Source: Lama guanicoe (taxonomy: Eukaryota). Taken from it: DNA of 62,000 nt. The notes beneath the pieces were generated by a model that searched no databases, was not told the origin of the DNA, and saw only the letters and a program-made list of their open reading frames with translations. Of this stretch, positions 48,601 through 60,600 are shown piece by piece. Position 1 is the stretch's first letter. Every line of letters begins with the position of its first letter. A program made the position numbers and the translations under genes. The DNA is taken from positions 2,799,757 through 2,861,756 of the forward strand of contig MU054187.1 in assembly GCA_013239625.1 (NCBI GenBank), given 5' to 3'.

Positions 48601-51600
48601 ATTTAAGTTATAAGATGATAAGGTGCATTTTGCCCTTCTGAATCCTCACAGCTCAATGTCCTGGACGTACCTTATTATGCTGAAATTCACTGCTTGTACA
48701 TCTGTCTCCCTCACTGGACTACACATTTCTCTCAGTTGGGAACTGTGCCATCTCTTTCATCTTTGTATACCCATGGCCTGGCACAATTCCTACATTATTG
48801 CATTAAATGAACGTTGATCCAATTGAACTGAAAATTATATGCAGTAGACGTTATGTCCATTCAACACATAAAGAAATTGAGGACCTGAGATGTAAAACAA
48901 CATAGTTTTACAACATTCAGGATATCATCTGAGCCCAAAGTGATTCCAAAGCCAGTTCTCCACGATGCCACCTGGAGAGCAGGTACTCCTGGACCACAGC
49001 AGACACGAAGCAGGCGTGCGTGCTCTGTGCGCAAGTTCGTCCGTCTTCCTCGAGCTTTAATCATGTATGTCTTAGCCTGTGAGTCTAACAGCGAGGACTT
49101 TCAGAGTGGAAGGAAGTTCTAGAGTCACTGATACTTTTTCTTAAGCTTGTAAAGATAGTTATATTTAGCTTTGGCGAAAGTTGCTTTTTTCTTGTTAAAA
49201 TAAGAGCCCATCTTTCTGTCGTTGGAACTGAGCTCAGAAGTTGCTGGCTTCCAGGGAGAAATGTGTGGTGGTCAGAGGACTGAGCATATGTGTGCTCTTT
49301 ATTCCATTCTTTCATCTGGCTCCCTTGGCATTTTTTTTTGTCAAGACTCGTGATATTTCCGTCTCATTTTCTGTGTCTGTGGTGTCCACCCATAGCTTCT
49401 TGAGGGAGCTTAATCTCTGGACTCTGAAAGGGTCCCTGAGGGCTATTCAACTACTAGGAACAAAAAAAAAATGCATTTAGTAAGAAGAGAAAGAATTTTT
49501 TTTTAACGTGCTTAATTTAAAACATTCTTCTAATTTTTTTCTTTGCATTTCCTTCAGGTCGAAGTAAGACACGTTGGAAAGATATACAAGATAAGGATAG
49601 GACACGATGGGACCGACTGGAGCCTGCAGAGGGTAATGCCTTTTCTCTCGTGCCTCATGGTTACTCTGTTATGAAAAGAAATAAGCCGGGTTCTTAGAGC
49701 AATGACAGAGAGAACACATTTTCCTAATGGTTGTGAATCACGTGAGCGAAATTTCTGTAGATGTTACCCTTCCGACAGATGTGGCGCATCCTCGAGAGCT
49801 TTTTAAAAACCGCACCTCTGTAGTTACACTTGCAGAGGCAGGCGTGTTCACGGGGGGTCTGCAGACTAGAGGGAAGCTAAGAACGGAAGTGAGTTGTCAT
49901 CCGCTGATCAGCAGGCGGCCGCGGGGCGGTTCATCTCCTTCAGACCTTTCTTCTGTGAGTCTCGCTCATGAATTCTCTCTCCCTACACACGGCCCCAGAT
50001 ATGTGAGTGCCTATGTACATGTCTACATCGAAGTATTTATGTACGTTTGTACGCATCTTGCCTGAATGAAACTGAATCACGCTGTGGGCGCACTTCGGAA
50101 TCCTGCCTTCAGTAGTAACAATACCAACCACCCCAGCAGTACTGAGTGTGTGCTGCGTGCTTACTGCGTGCCGGCTGCCCGCGAATACGGTCATGTTTCT
50201 GCCGCCTAACGGCTGCTCTTTGATTTCGGTACCACTGATATCCCCATTTTATGGATAAGAAAACTGAGGCTCAATAAAGTTAAATAATTTGAAATATTTA
50301 GAATAATTTAAACTGAGTTCACTTAAAATGGTCTCACTGTACGTTGGACTCCGGGGACTGAGCTCTGAAGCACTATCATGGGCTTAATCTTTGCTTTAAA
50401 AAATAGACAGCAATTAAATGCTTAGGAGCTCTGAGATTTCTGTACGGAAGCAGTAAGTATTTGTGGAGTCAGATAACATGGTTTGAATCACAGTACATCT
50501 CTGCTTTGTAGCTTTAGATGCTGTGTCTGTCACTGATTCCTTTACAGGAATGTGATGATATGTTATTTAAAAAAAACTAAGGTTTAAAACTTTGAAAACC
50601 ACTAATAAAATCTAGCAAATTTATCATTTTTCCATTTAAAATGTTTCTTAATCTTATCTGTGGTTATTATTGTATCTTTGATTGTATAAAGAAAGTAAAT
50701 GAGAAAAATTTAAATTTGCTGAAATGTTTACTGTAGCATTTCTTAGCACATGACTCATATAATGAAAACTGGCACTTGTACAGTTTAGGAGCGGATAAAT
50801 ATGTTCCAGTCAGTTAGGCAAGAAGGACTTCCTGAGCACCTCACATATGCCCTATGTTGCGCTAAATGCCGGTGAGAATGGGAGGGAACCATGGGGAGGC
50901 TTTCTGGGGTTTCTAGTTAGAAGCATTGAAAGATCTCGGAGACAAAAAAATGACCATTTAAGAAGAAGATGCAAAACCTATGAAACCTGCAAAATTTAGC
51001 AAAATTACAAACTCTGTACTTGTGAATTACTGGCAAAGACAAGCCAAAATGCTTTAGAAAAGACGTCCCCGTTTGTCAAGCTGGCCTGCGATCACTACAT
51101 GGCTTGAGCTTTCTCTGGGGCCCTTGAGTGAGGGGTGAGTTCAGGGCCAAAGCCATTTGACTACACAACGCTTCTCCAGCTGGAGGGGGAGACAGCCCCA
51201 GGCAGGACACTGAGAGGGGCGCTCAGAACCTGGCCAGGCCTCTGCTTTCACAAGACGCTCTCTGTAAACAGTTCCATGGTGACATAAGCTTATGAAACTG
51301 AGTTTTTCATTCCTCTCTTGGAGATTTAATGCAATGCATGTTAATATGGTTAAGGCTCTGAGATGTCTTGGGATAAAGAAATCTGTCTAACAGCATCTCC
51401 AAACTAAATTTACCCTCGGGCCACACTTGCAGGTGAAATCTATTAACATCCCTTGAAGTGAGTATTGAATATTGTGCAGTACTACAGAGGTCTGAGGTAT
51501 TTGGGGGCCAGTCAAGGGAAAACATGCGACAAGGTGTCAGCAGCAGGAGCGCACAGGTGTACTGCGTGAGGCCCCTACAGATGGGCCTGCGGGGGCGTCC

Positions 51601-54600
51601 TCGTAGCAGGAGTCTGTCCAGAGGGGAGGAGGAGGGCGCAGAGGAGCTCCCAGGGAGAGGAAGCTGAGAGCAGGGGGTTACGTGTCTAGGGGTGGGAGTC
51701 TGTGTCACCGAGCTCCAAAGGGCAGTGGCCACCGACGGGGGCTCTCTTCTCAGTAGGAAACAGCTGTTGGGTGAGGCTTCTGTGGGTGTGCAAAGCAGGG
51801 GGGCTCTAACTGACTACAGATCTGCTTGTTTGGCCTGTTTTTTATTTTTTTAATTGTGGAGAAAAATCATTTGGGCTGTTTCTGTAACGATAAAGTTTGG
51901 GCTTGCTGCCAGTGGGCTTTTGAGCTGACAGGTTTTAGTCTGCAGGGAGGAGTCAGCCTGTGGGCCCGTGTACGGAGGCTGTCTGTGACTCCTGTATGTC
52001 GCACTTCCACGCGGGGAGATGTGACTTGTGTTTGTATGAGTCCAGTCACACGTATGTGGGGGTCTGTCATTTATATGAAAATGACTAGCTAATGTCTAAT
52101 CGGCTCTTCTGAACTCCAGGCCTGTGGAGAGTTCTGGGAGAGGCGATCAACATAGCACTTTGCACCTGAAGTGGTGCTGGGTGAAGTCACTGATGTGACG
52201 GTGTATCTGGGAGGGAAAGACGGGCTCACCACAGGTCTGGTCTTAGTCATTGAGATGATACAAAATTAGAATCAACCGCAGTGTCTGCTTTCGATCTGGC
52301 TGGAGAAAGAAGATCAAGTAGCAAACACACACTAATTAGGGGGCAGTCAGAGGCTGCGCTGTGTGTCCAGGCCCCAGTCATAGGGGGGATCCAGCAGGAG
52401 AAACGCGTGCGCGTAGAGGACCTGGGAAGGCTCTGCGGGCGGGGAGGGCCTTGCGGGGGGGACGTGCGTGTGAGGGCCGGGCAGGGGAGGCAGCGGGAGG
52501 GCGGCCGTTTGGAGATTGCCCAGTTGCCTGTGCCGCACATGGATTATGGTGAAATGCCGTGTCACGACGTACGTAAAATGACCTGTGCTCCAGTGAGAGG
52601 GAAAGTGCCCGTTCGCGAGCAGTTCCTGTATTCCTTGTGTTTGAACGGCATGTATTTCAAAGGCCTAGAATTCGTCGGACACAAGCTGCCTGACCTTGTT
52701 TGGGTGGAGTCGGCTGGTAAATGCACTGACTTACAGACCTTGCATCTCCAGGTCTTGCATTCCTACTCGAGTGTGTAGAGGAATTCTGGGACTGTGACCA
52801 CCATCTTCCGTCTGATAATTAACGTCCAGTCATTGTCTCTTTTCTCAGTACAGCTTCGCTGGGACTTACCTCTGTGCAGTAACAGGTTCTAGTCGTCTCG
52901 ATGCGTTGCCAGTGGAACAAGGCAGTGTCTTTACATCGTCTGTATGTTCTTCTTGATCAATATGTCCCTTTTCTTACAGGACACTCCCTCCCCCTCTTTT
53001 TTTAACTAGGCCTAGCACAGTCCTACTTAACTTAGCTCTGTGTGTCAGGACAGAACAGGACCGAGCTGATTTTCCTTTCATGTTTCCGTGTGTCTGGGTG
53101 GGAGGAAGAGAACAACAGATCTCTCCGTTTCGGACTCTGGTGCCAAATTAAACACTAGCACAGACGCGTAAAGGCGTGGACAAGTGCACTCGTGCTCAGA
53201 GCCCTTCACCCAGCACTGCCGGGGCCCGCGGCCTGCAGAGGGCTCCTGCCAGGAGGCCGAGCGTGCCAGCGTGACCGGGACGTAGCCGCTGTCTTCCAAG
53301 AGTCCCTTCTGCAAGTAACCCGCCGATAAGCCAGACTGTGGCCTAGTTCTCCTTAGAGCCTTGATTTTACCTGTCACATCTCAGTGACAGCTCTCGCTAC
53401 GTCCGTCTTCCAGAAGATTTACTGAAGGAGCGAGATTGATCTCCCCCGTTCGCTCAGATTCCGAGCAGAAAGGTCGTGCAGCCTGATGGAGGTGTTGTAA
53501 CCTCAGCGCTGAACTGTGATGTGTTGATTCAGGCTCTGTAAATGCTGCTTTATGGCTGTTCCCGTTACTGTTTTTAGGACGTGTGTTTAACTACTTGGTT
53601 GAAATTTCTTAAAGTAATCCAGGAATTTTAGTTTTCTAAGAAAGGAAGAGTGAGTTTTATGGTAATGTTTTCTTGTAAAATGACTAATTCTTGCTGCTCT
53701 AAATCAGCAGGGGGAGCTCAGCAAATGAAATTTAGTTTCTATTAAAGCCATTCCTAATGTTGTTCCTATTCATTCAGGAAATTAAAGCGAATGCTGAAGA
53801 CTTCATATGATAAAGACACTGCTGTTCCTTAAGCATTTTATTTATTTGTTTGTTTTAAAGGGAAATGAATGTGTGCTTCCATGAAAAAATAATTTGGAAA
53901 CTCACTCTTTTTCTTTCTCCACATCTATCCCAACAGAAGGTTTGGATTTGAAGCTTAATATCCTTGCGTTATTTTCCCTCAGCCTTACTGACCTTTTTTT
54001 TTTGAACGGTATTCATGTTTGGCAGCTTTGTGTCAGAGCCGAAGCAGAAGTCAGGGCTCTGGGTTTCTTTAGCATAGAAGGATGCTAGACGGTGCTGCAG
54101 CCTGAAGGCCGAAAGGAAATACTGTTTTCAAAAAGAGAGTGGTTGGTCCTATGAGGACCAAAGGCTACCTTTCGTGGACGGGGAACATCTAGGAAGCCCG
54201 CTGCACGGCCGTGGCCTGCCCGGAGGGTTTCCCCGCCGACCCTGGGGACTGTGTGCAGCTCTGTTGCCTGTGATGAATGCTTGGAGCCCTTACGGGACGT
54301 TACTGTTTGGGGGAAGCTAGTGCCTCTGGCAAGTGTTTGTTGCAGTGACTCCCAGTGTCTCAAGTTAAAGTGGGTGAAAACATGCTGTTTTGCTTAGCAT
54401 TTAGATTTTCAGGATTGAATAGCTGCCCCGTTACATGGTGCTCTGGCTGTCTGGAGTCTGGGGGTAGATTTTCACATCGCTCACAGTTTGGAAGTTCTTT
54501 TCCTTGATCATGCTTTAGGTACCTCACTGGAGATCTGACTTGCCATTTCAGCCAGAATAATACACATTAATCAATTATGCCAGCCAGCTTCCAAAATACT

Positions 54601-57600
54601 GATATAAATTATTAATCTAAGTCACTGAATTGATTCCAGGTAATATATAGCTTGGATGCCAAATAGAATGGCTATTAACTAAACATAGTCATATGGTAAT
54701 TAACTTCGAATATTGAACAAAAGGAGGGGGACAGTCCAGTTCAGGCAGGCCCCGGAGGACAGGAGGACGGAGGAGGAGCTGCATGCTGGCCTAGGGGAGG
54801 AGGGGCCGAGGAGGCCTTTCTCTGTCCTCCCCAGTAGTCCTGGCCCGCTCGTTCCAGTACAGCCAGGGATTTGGAACAGAATTTCAATTTCTGATCATAA
54901 AGAACTGAGCATTTGGCTGAAGTTCTGCTGTGTGTTAGAGAGTGAGGAGCCACAGCCGATCTCAAATAACAGCAAAGAAGTCTGACCTCTAGTTTCTGGG
55001 GTTAACTGTGACACCACCACACCAATACCCCCGTACTGAGCGCTCAGGGGACAGATGACCACCTTTACTATGGAAACCACAGCAAGGCAGGTCATGTTAT
55101 CGGCCCCGTTGAGGTTACCGAGGGCTCTGAGCTGATGGGAAGCCATCTCCAGCCCCAGGACGGGCACGCGGATTTGAGGAGAAGGGGCCTGACTCTGAGG
55201 CACACGCACCGTCTGCGTACTGCCCACTGGACAGATCAGATGTTCTGAAAGGAGTCTCTCTTACCTTACTCCCGGGTGTTACAGTCCACACTTGAGAAAG
55301 CTCTGCTGTGGGAAATAATTTCCTGCTTATCTTTTCTATAAGGCATTTGAGTCTCGTTTTATTACATAAAGCACTCCCACCCTAAAACATTCCATCTTCG
55401 ACCTGGCAAGGCAGGGATGAGGCCAGTTTTGCCAATGAGGACCTGAGGGACACAGATCACCATGTCATGTTCTACCCAAGGCTGCACACCTGCAGCAAGG
55501 TCGGGGCAGAAATCAAGGTCTTTTGGTCCAAGTTCAAGTTCACTGCACTTCCCACACACCCTTTACTGCGTCCTGCCGTGAGCTGCCGTATGACTGGGCT
55601 TGTGCGTCGTGGTCTTCCAGGAATTTTGACCTCCTTTGTCACTTCAATAATTTAAAATGTTTTGTTTGTGAAAATAAAAATAGAAGTAAATACAACAGGA
55701 GGTAAGTTCAATGGATGTATCTATCTCCCTTTACCCACATCACTGTTTAATTATTGGCTTATCTTCCAATAATTTCTGTCGTAGGACTTTTCAGCTTGGA
55801 CACTGTGGACTTTTGGGGCTGGTTAGTTCTTTGCTTTGATGGGGGGTACAAACTTTGCATTGTAGGATGTGTAGCCACACCCCTGGCCCCTACCCACCAG
55901 AAATGTCTCTAGACGTTGCCTCATGTCTCTGGGAGCGGCAGAATTGCACCTCATTGCTGTACCTTCTTATTGCTTAAAAATTAACTTTGCTTTGTTAATT
56001 TTTATTTTAAAGCATCATGACTCTGAAGGTAAATGGAACCCACTCAGAGGCCTCACCCTGAAAAGGCTTTCCAGTGGAGTTAGTAGAATTGTACTCACTT
56101 AAGTACAGCGACTGAGGCGTCTCACCCGAGGGCGCTTCTACGGGCGGAGGGGTTGCTGGTGCCCATAAGCTAGAGGCTTCTCGCCACTTTCCATAGAAAG
56201 TTTAGTGTGGAGGAAGGACCTGCTGGAGTTTTAGGTAGAAGGACCTGATGGAGTTTTAGGTAGAAGGACCTTGTAAACCCTGATACTTCATGGGGAAGAC
56301 TTCACGCCTAGACTTCAGAAGACTCCCATTCACCCATTTATGACCCTTGTTTATCTGAAACATCTAATAGGTTCCATTGGAAATTATTCTTACTGTTTCC
56401 TAATGTCTGTGTTATCCCAAAGCCCCACCGAACTTAGTGTGTGCTAGTAAGTGCTTATCGCTCTGCTGCTTTAATGTAGCCTTCTGTTATTTAAATATTT
56501 GGGGTCTATATTTCACAGATAATCTATGAAATCCCCTTGGTGGTCGAGGCAGTTTCTTTTTGTTAAACTCCCAACCATACCCTGTGCAGTGCCGTGAACA
56601 CCCACTGTAGGAAACGTCACCGTGAGGAGGCCAAGGGTCTGTGTGTCCTTCTCGGGTCACCTGCACACAAGCCCCAGGGGGCTGGAGATGCCCCGCACCC
56701 TTGGTTGGCTCTGTTTGTTTAGGAATTGTCTCTGGCTGCTCCTTTGAGGAGTATGTCCCTCTACACTGCTGAAGACGTAAGTTCTCTCTTTTTATTCTGA
56801 ATAAAAGCAAAGTAGTAGACATCATAGTGGCTCCAGGAAGGAAGATAAGATTAAACACCATCTCCCATAACATAGAGCCTCTGCTGTGGTGCGTGGATCA
56901 CCCGCTTCCAGTCATCCACAGCTTCTGTCACTCTGGTTGCCACGTAAGCCACCCAGGCTCCGAGTTTCAGGACCACTGGGGCAACTGAAGTTTCAAAATT
57001 CAGACACAGGGCTGGAAATAATTTCATTTGAGCATTGTGTCTGATTGGGATTAAAAAGCATGAATCTTTATGATTGTTCTCTGTCTCTTCATGTTCCTGA
57101 ATTTCCCTGAATTGCTAGATGTGTGCAACTGCTGTATGCAGTGAGATAGTCTAGAAAGGGGGCAGTTCCAAGTGAAGTAAAATACGTTATGTTAATCTCT
57201 TTAGTATTTATGAGTGTATCCATGTACAGATTTGGCTGAGGTTAAGATGAGTTGTTTACGTAGTTTGCGTAAAGCTTTGCACATTTCTCACATATAATCT
57301 CATCTAATCTTCACAACGGCTGTGGGAGAGAGTCACTACTCCTGTCTTCAGGGCAGAAGTGTGGTTCTCGGCGTGGTTACGCAAATGTCTCATGGCCTCA
57401 TGGCCAGACAGTTGTGAAATGGAAGATCTAGATTTTGGACCCAGTTTTTTTGACTCCAGACCCAGTGCTCTTTTCACAGCCTCTTGCCGAGAGCAAGTAA
57501 AGACACAGTCAGGCACTAGTGATGAGGCATGCTGATTCATTTAGCTTAATTCCCTCTGCTGGCAAACACCCTTCTGCTTTGTTATTTATTTAATCATTCA

Positions 57601-60600
57601 CTCAACAAACCCCCTCAGGACTGCCTTGTGAAAGCCTGTGGAAGCGCCGAGATGAGTAGGACATGGTCTGTCCCATTACGGCAGTCAGGTGTCACGTCAT
57701 AGTCACCAGTGAGTAGGTCGCCACGGATCATGAAGTCGGGTCACCTACATCTGAGCTGTGTAATTAAGGACGGACAGATTCAGCAAGGCAGTGAGTCAGA
57801 TGAAAGCTGCTCTAGCAGAGATCCAAGTGTGCGTGGACATTCTGAGGCGAGAAGGAACGTGGCCAGGTCGTGGGACCATGAACAGGTCAGCGTGGCCGGA
57901 TTCCAGGGTGCGGGGCTGTCAGCCTGGGCAGTGGTGGGGCCTGCTCCCGAGGCCTGAGGCCGGGGGCATTCAGGAGGACAGAGACTCACTCAGGAGATAA
58001 ACTAGAATCTTCCAGGGGGAGGCTGCATCTCCACTGTGATGGGAGGAAAGGCAGGTGTCGGCAGCGGTCCTTCCAGATGTCCTCCACTGAGACGTGGAGG
58101 TAACAGCGCGCACCTCCTGTGCGCTGGGCACCAGAGGAGCGAGTACCCTGGGCTGGGGTCCGGCGTGGGCTCGGCGGGCGGGGGCGAGGGCAGCCTGCCG
58201 TTCGCTGATGGGCAGGCTCTCAGCGGCCTGCAGGTGTCACGCACGCTTTTAGGAGGCATTCAACGTTCACAGAATCCTGCCAGACGCCTGCTTCAGTGAC
58301 AAAGATGAACACACAATCTCCTTCGGCGTCCCTTCTATAGATTGCTTCTTTAGCATCAGCTGTTAAGTGAAACTGAGAGTCAGACAGCGTCCATTTCAAG
58401 TCTCCAAGCCTCCGTTTTCTTATCTATAACATCGTAAGAACCTTACCAATCTAACTGCCGATGGTTAAAAGATACAATTAAAACAAACCACTCAGCATAG
58501 TACCTGGCGAATGATACATGCCTAACTCTACTGCTGCCAGCAGCCCCCGGGTGCGCACCGGGGTCTGGTAGTCCTGGGGGTGGGGATTTAAAATTCTGGG
58601 TCCTGTGGGAAGTTGGAACTCATGCAAGGCAGTCATTGTTCTTTCTAATCTCAGGTGACCATGCAGCACACGAGGAGCAAGAAGAGGCTAGATTTTGCAG
58701 CAAATGTGTGGCTATCGCGAATCCAAGCAGAGGGGGACATTGTCTGCGAGCTTCCTGTAGTGAAAGGCGGACAGGCTGTTTTTCCACGTGCGTTATTAAT
58801 CCCCGGGGGCACACATTGCACGTACAATCTGCTTTTTTAATTGTTGCTTAGATTTACTTCTGAGCTGTTTAGTTACAGAATATATTTTTCTCCTTCTAAG
58901 AGAGTTGTGGGACCCCTTGAGAAGTGACTTTTTCAGCATCGCAGCATGAGTCCCTGGTGGATCTGGGATTACACGTAACCACAGAAAGATTCTTACGGTC
59001 CAGCGACAGCTGCAGGGGCTGCGGTTACGAGAAAGAAGTCATGTCTGTGCCTCATCTGGCGTTGCCTGGGGCCCGTTGGCCAACTCATGTCACCGCTTCA
59101 CTTCTGAGGCATTCCCTCATCAAACCGTCCTTTATTTTAAACTTTAAGCATCACGTCAAATAGCATGTGTCTCCCTTCCACTAAAATACTAAACACGAGT
59201 GTCCTCTTGTGTCATACAAAGAAGAGCTTTTTAAAAAAACGTTTTTATTTGTACACCGCTGGCTTGTGGTGTAAAAACGCCATTTATAATTAAAATTAAT
59301 CATTGAAAGATCAAAAAAATATCTCTCCGTAGATACAGAAAGTCCAGATGAGAGGAATTCAAATACAGTGATTTTTACTGTCACCTGCCCCGCGGATCTT
59401 GGTTCTGTCCGTGTGAACGCCCAGGTGATGCATTTCCTTGTCTCTCTCCCCTTTGCTTTGCCAGTGGTGAGATACCTTGTTGACGTCCACACTGGGCAGC
59501 TGAAGCAAGCAGCAACAGAGTCGGAAGTTTCCCTGTGTCTCTACGGGGAGAGGGGAGACTCTGGTCTCAGGCTGCTGTACAAATCCAACATGCCAGTGAA
59601 GTTTCAAAGAGGACAGGTGCGCCTGCACAGAAAAGTTCACCACGTTCTTAGTAAGCTCCCCACGGGTCTGGCCGTGTATGATTGAAGGTTGAAGAGTGCT
59701 TGGCAGCCTGCACGTTTTTGCTTTGGAATGTCTTTAGCACAGGTGTTCCTGACCTGACTTCCCAATGTGCTTTGTTTCAGAAGTTTTTCTTGAAGGAAAA
59801 ATGGAACGCACTCTACCAGCAATGAATAATAGAACAAAGAAAAAGACATTAAAAATTAGTGATGGTCTAAGGGGAAAAAACGAGATGATGTCAGGGAAAA
59901 ACAAATGTGAACGTGCCTTGTCGGGACTGAGATGTGTAAAGCCTTATTCTAAGAGGTCAGGTCACGGAAGGGCTGTTACAGGATGTTTCACGTAATAACA
60001 ACAGTCTTTCTTTAAAGCATCCTGAATGGAGCCGGCTGTGCCATTTTCACACCTTAGAGCCTTTCTGTTTCCTTTTGTGCTTTATAGACACGCATGAGTC
60101 TTTCTATACAGTAGATGTTTCAGGAGTTGCAGTGACATATATAATCAACTCTGTCAATTTTTAATGTTATTTTGTTGTATATAGAAAAAAAGGTACTGTC
60201 TGAGGGTCTGAGATTAAGAATAGGGGTTACATAAAGCAAGGGTGTATTTTTAAGAGAGAAGGCTCCCAAACCAGTTTGAGAGTTTCTCAGACTTTTTGTG
60301 GCTGGAGTTCCTGGGATATTTTTGAAACATCAGAGACCAAAAGCTCACCTGAGCCCTTGTTTGTCACTGCAGGTGGCACAGGAGCTTTCAGCACGATGAG
60401 GGAAGAAGCACAGTTAGGTCTGGTTTGACACGATCAGTGTCTGTGTTTAGAAATGAAGATCCCAAGATGCTCTTTCACAACAAGCCCAAGACCGTGCTTC
60501 GCGTCATTCACAGAGGACGGTGTCGGAGAGGGCTTACTGGAGAAAGAAAGGGGGAGAGAGAGAAGGAAGGGAGACAGAGACTCGCCCCCCGGGCCCCCGA

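Noticed and set aside
53778..53810. Alternative terminal exon (cattcag|[10 protein letters not shown]) in frame with exon P
   Set aside because: Only an AG and a short frame support it; exons P and Q already join into a complete PLAT domain.
56213..56271. CRISPR-like direct repeats
   Set aside because: Head-to-tail 25-bp tandem duplication with no unique spacers, in mammalian DNA.
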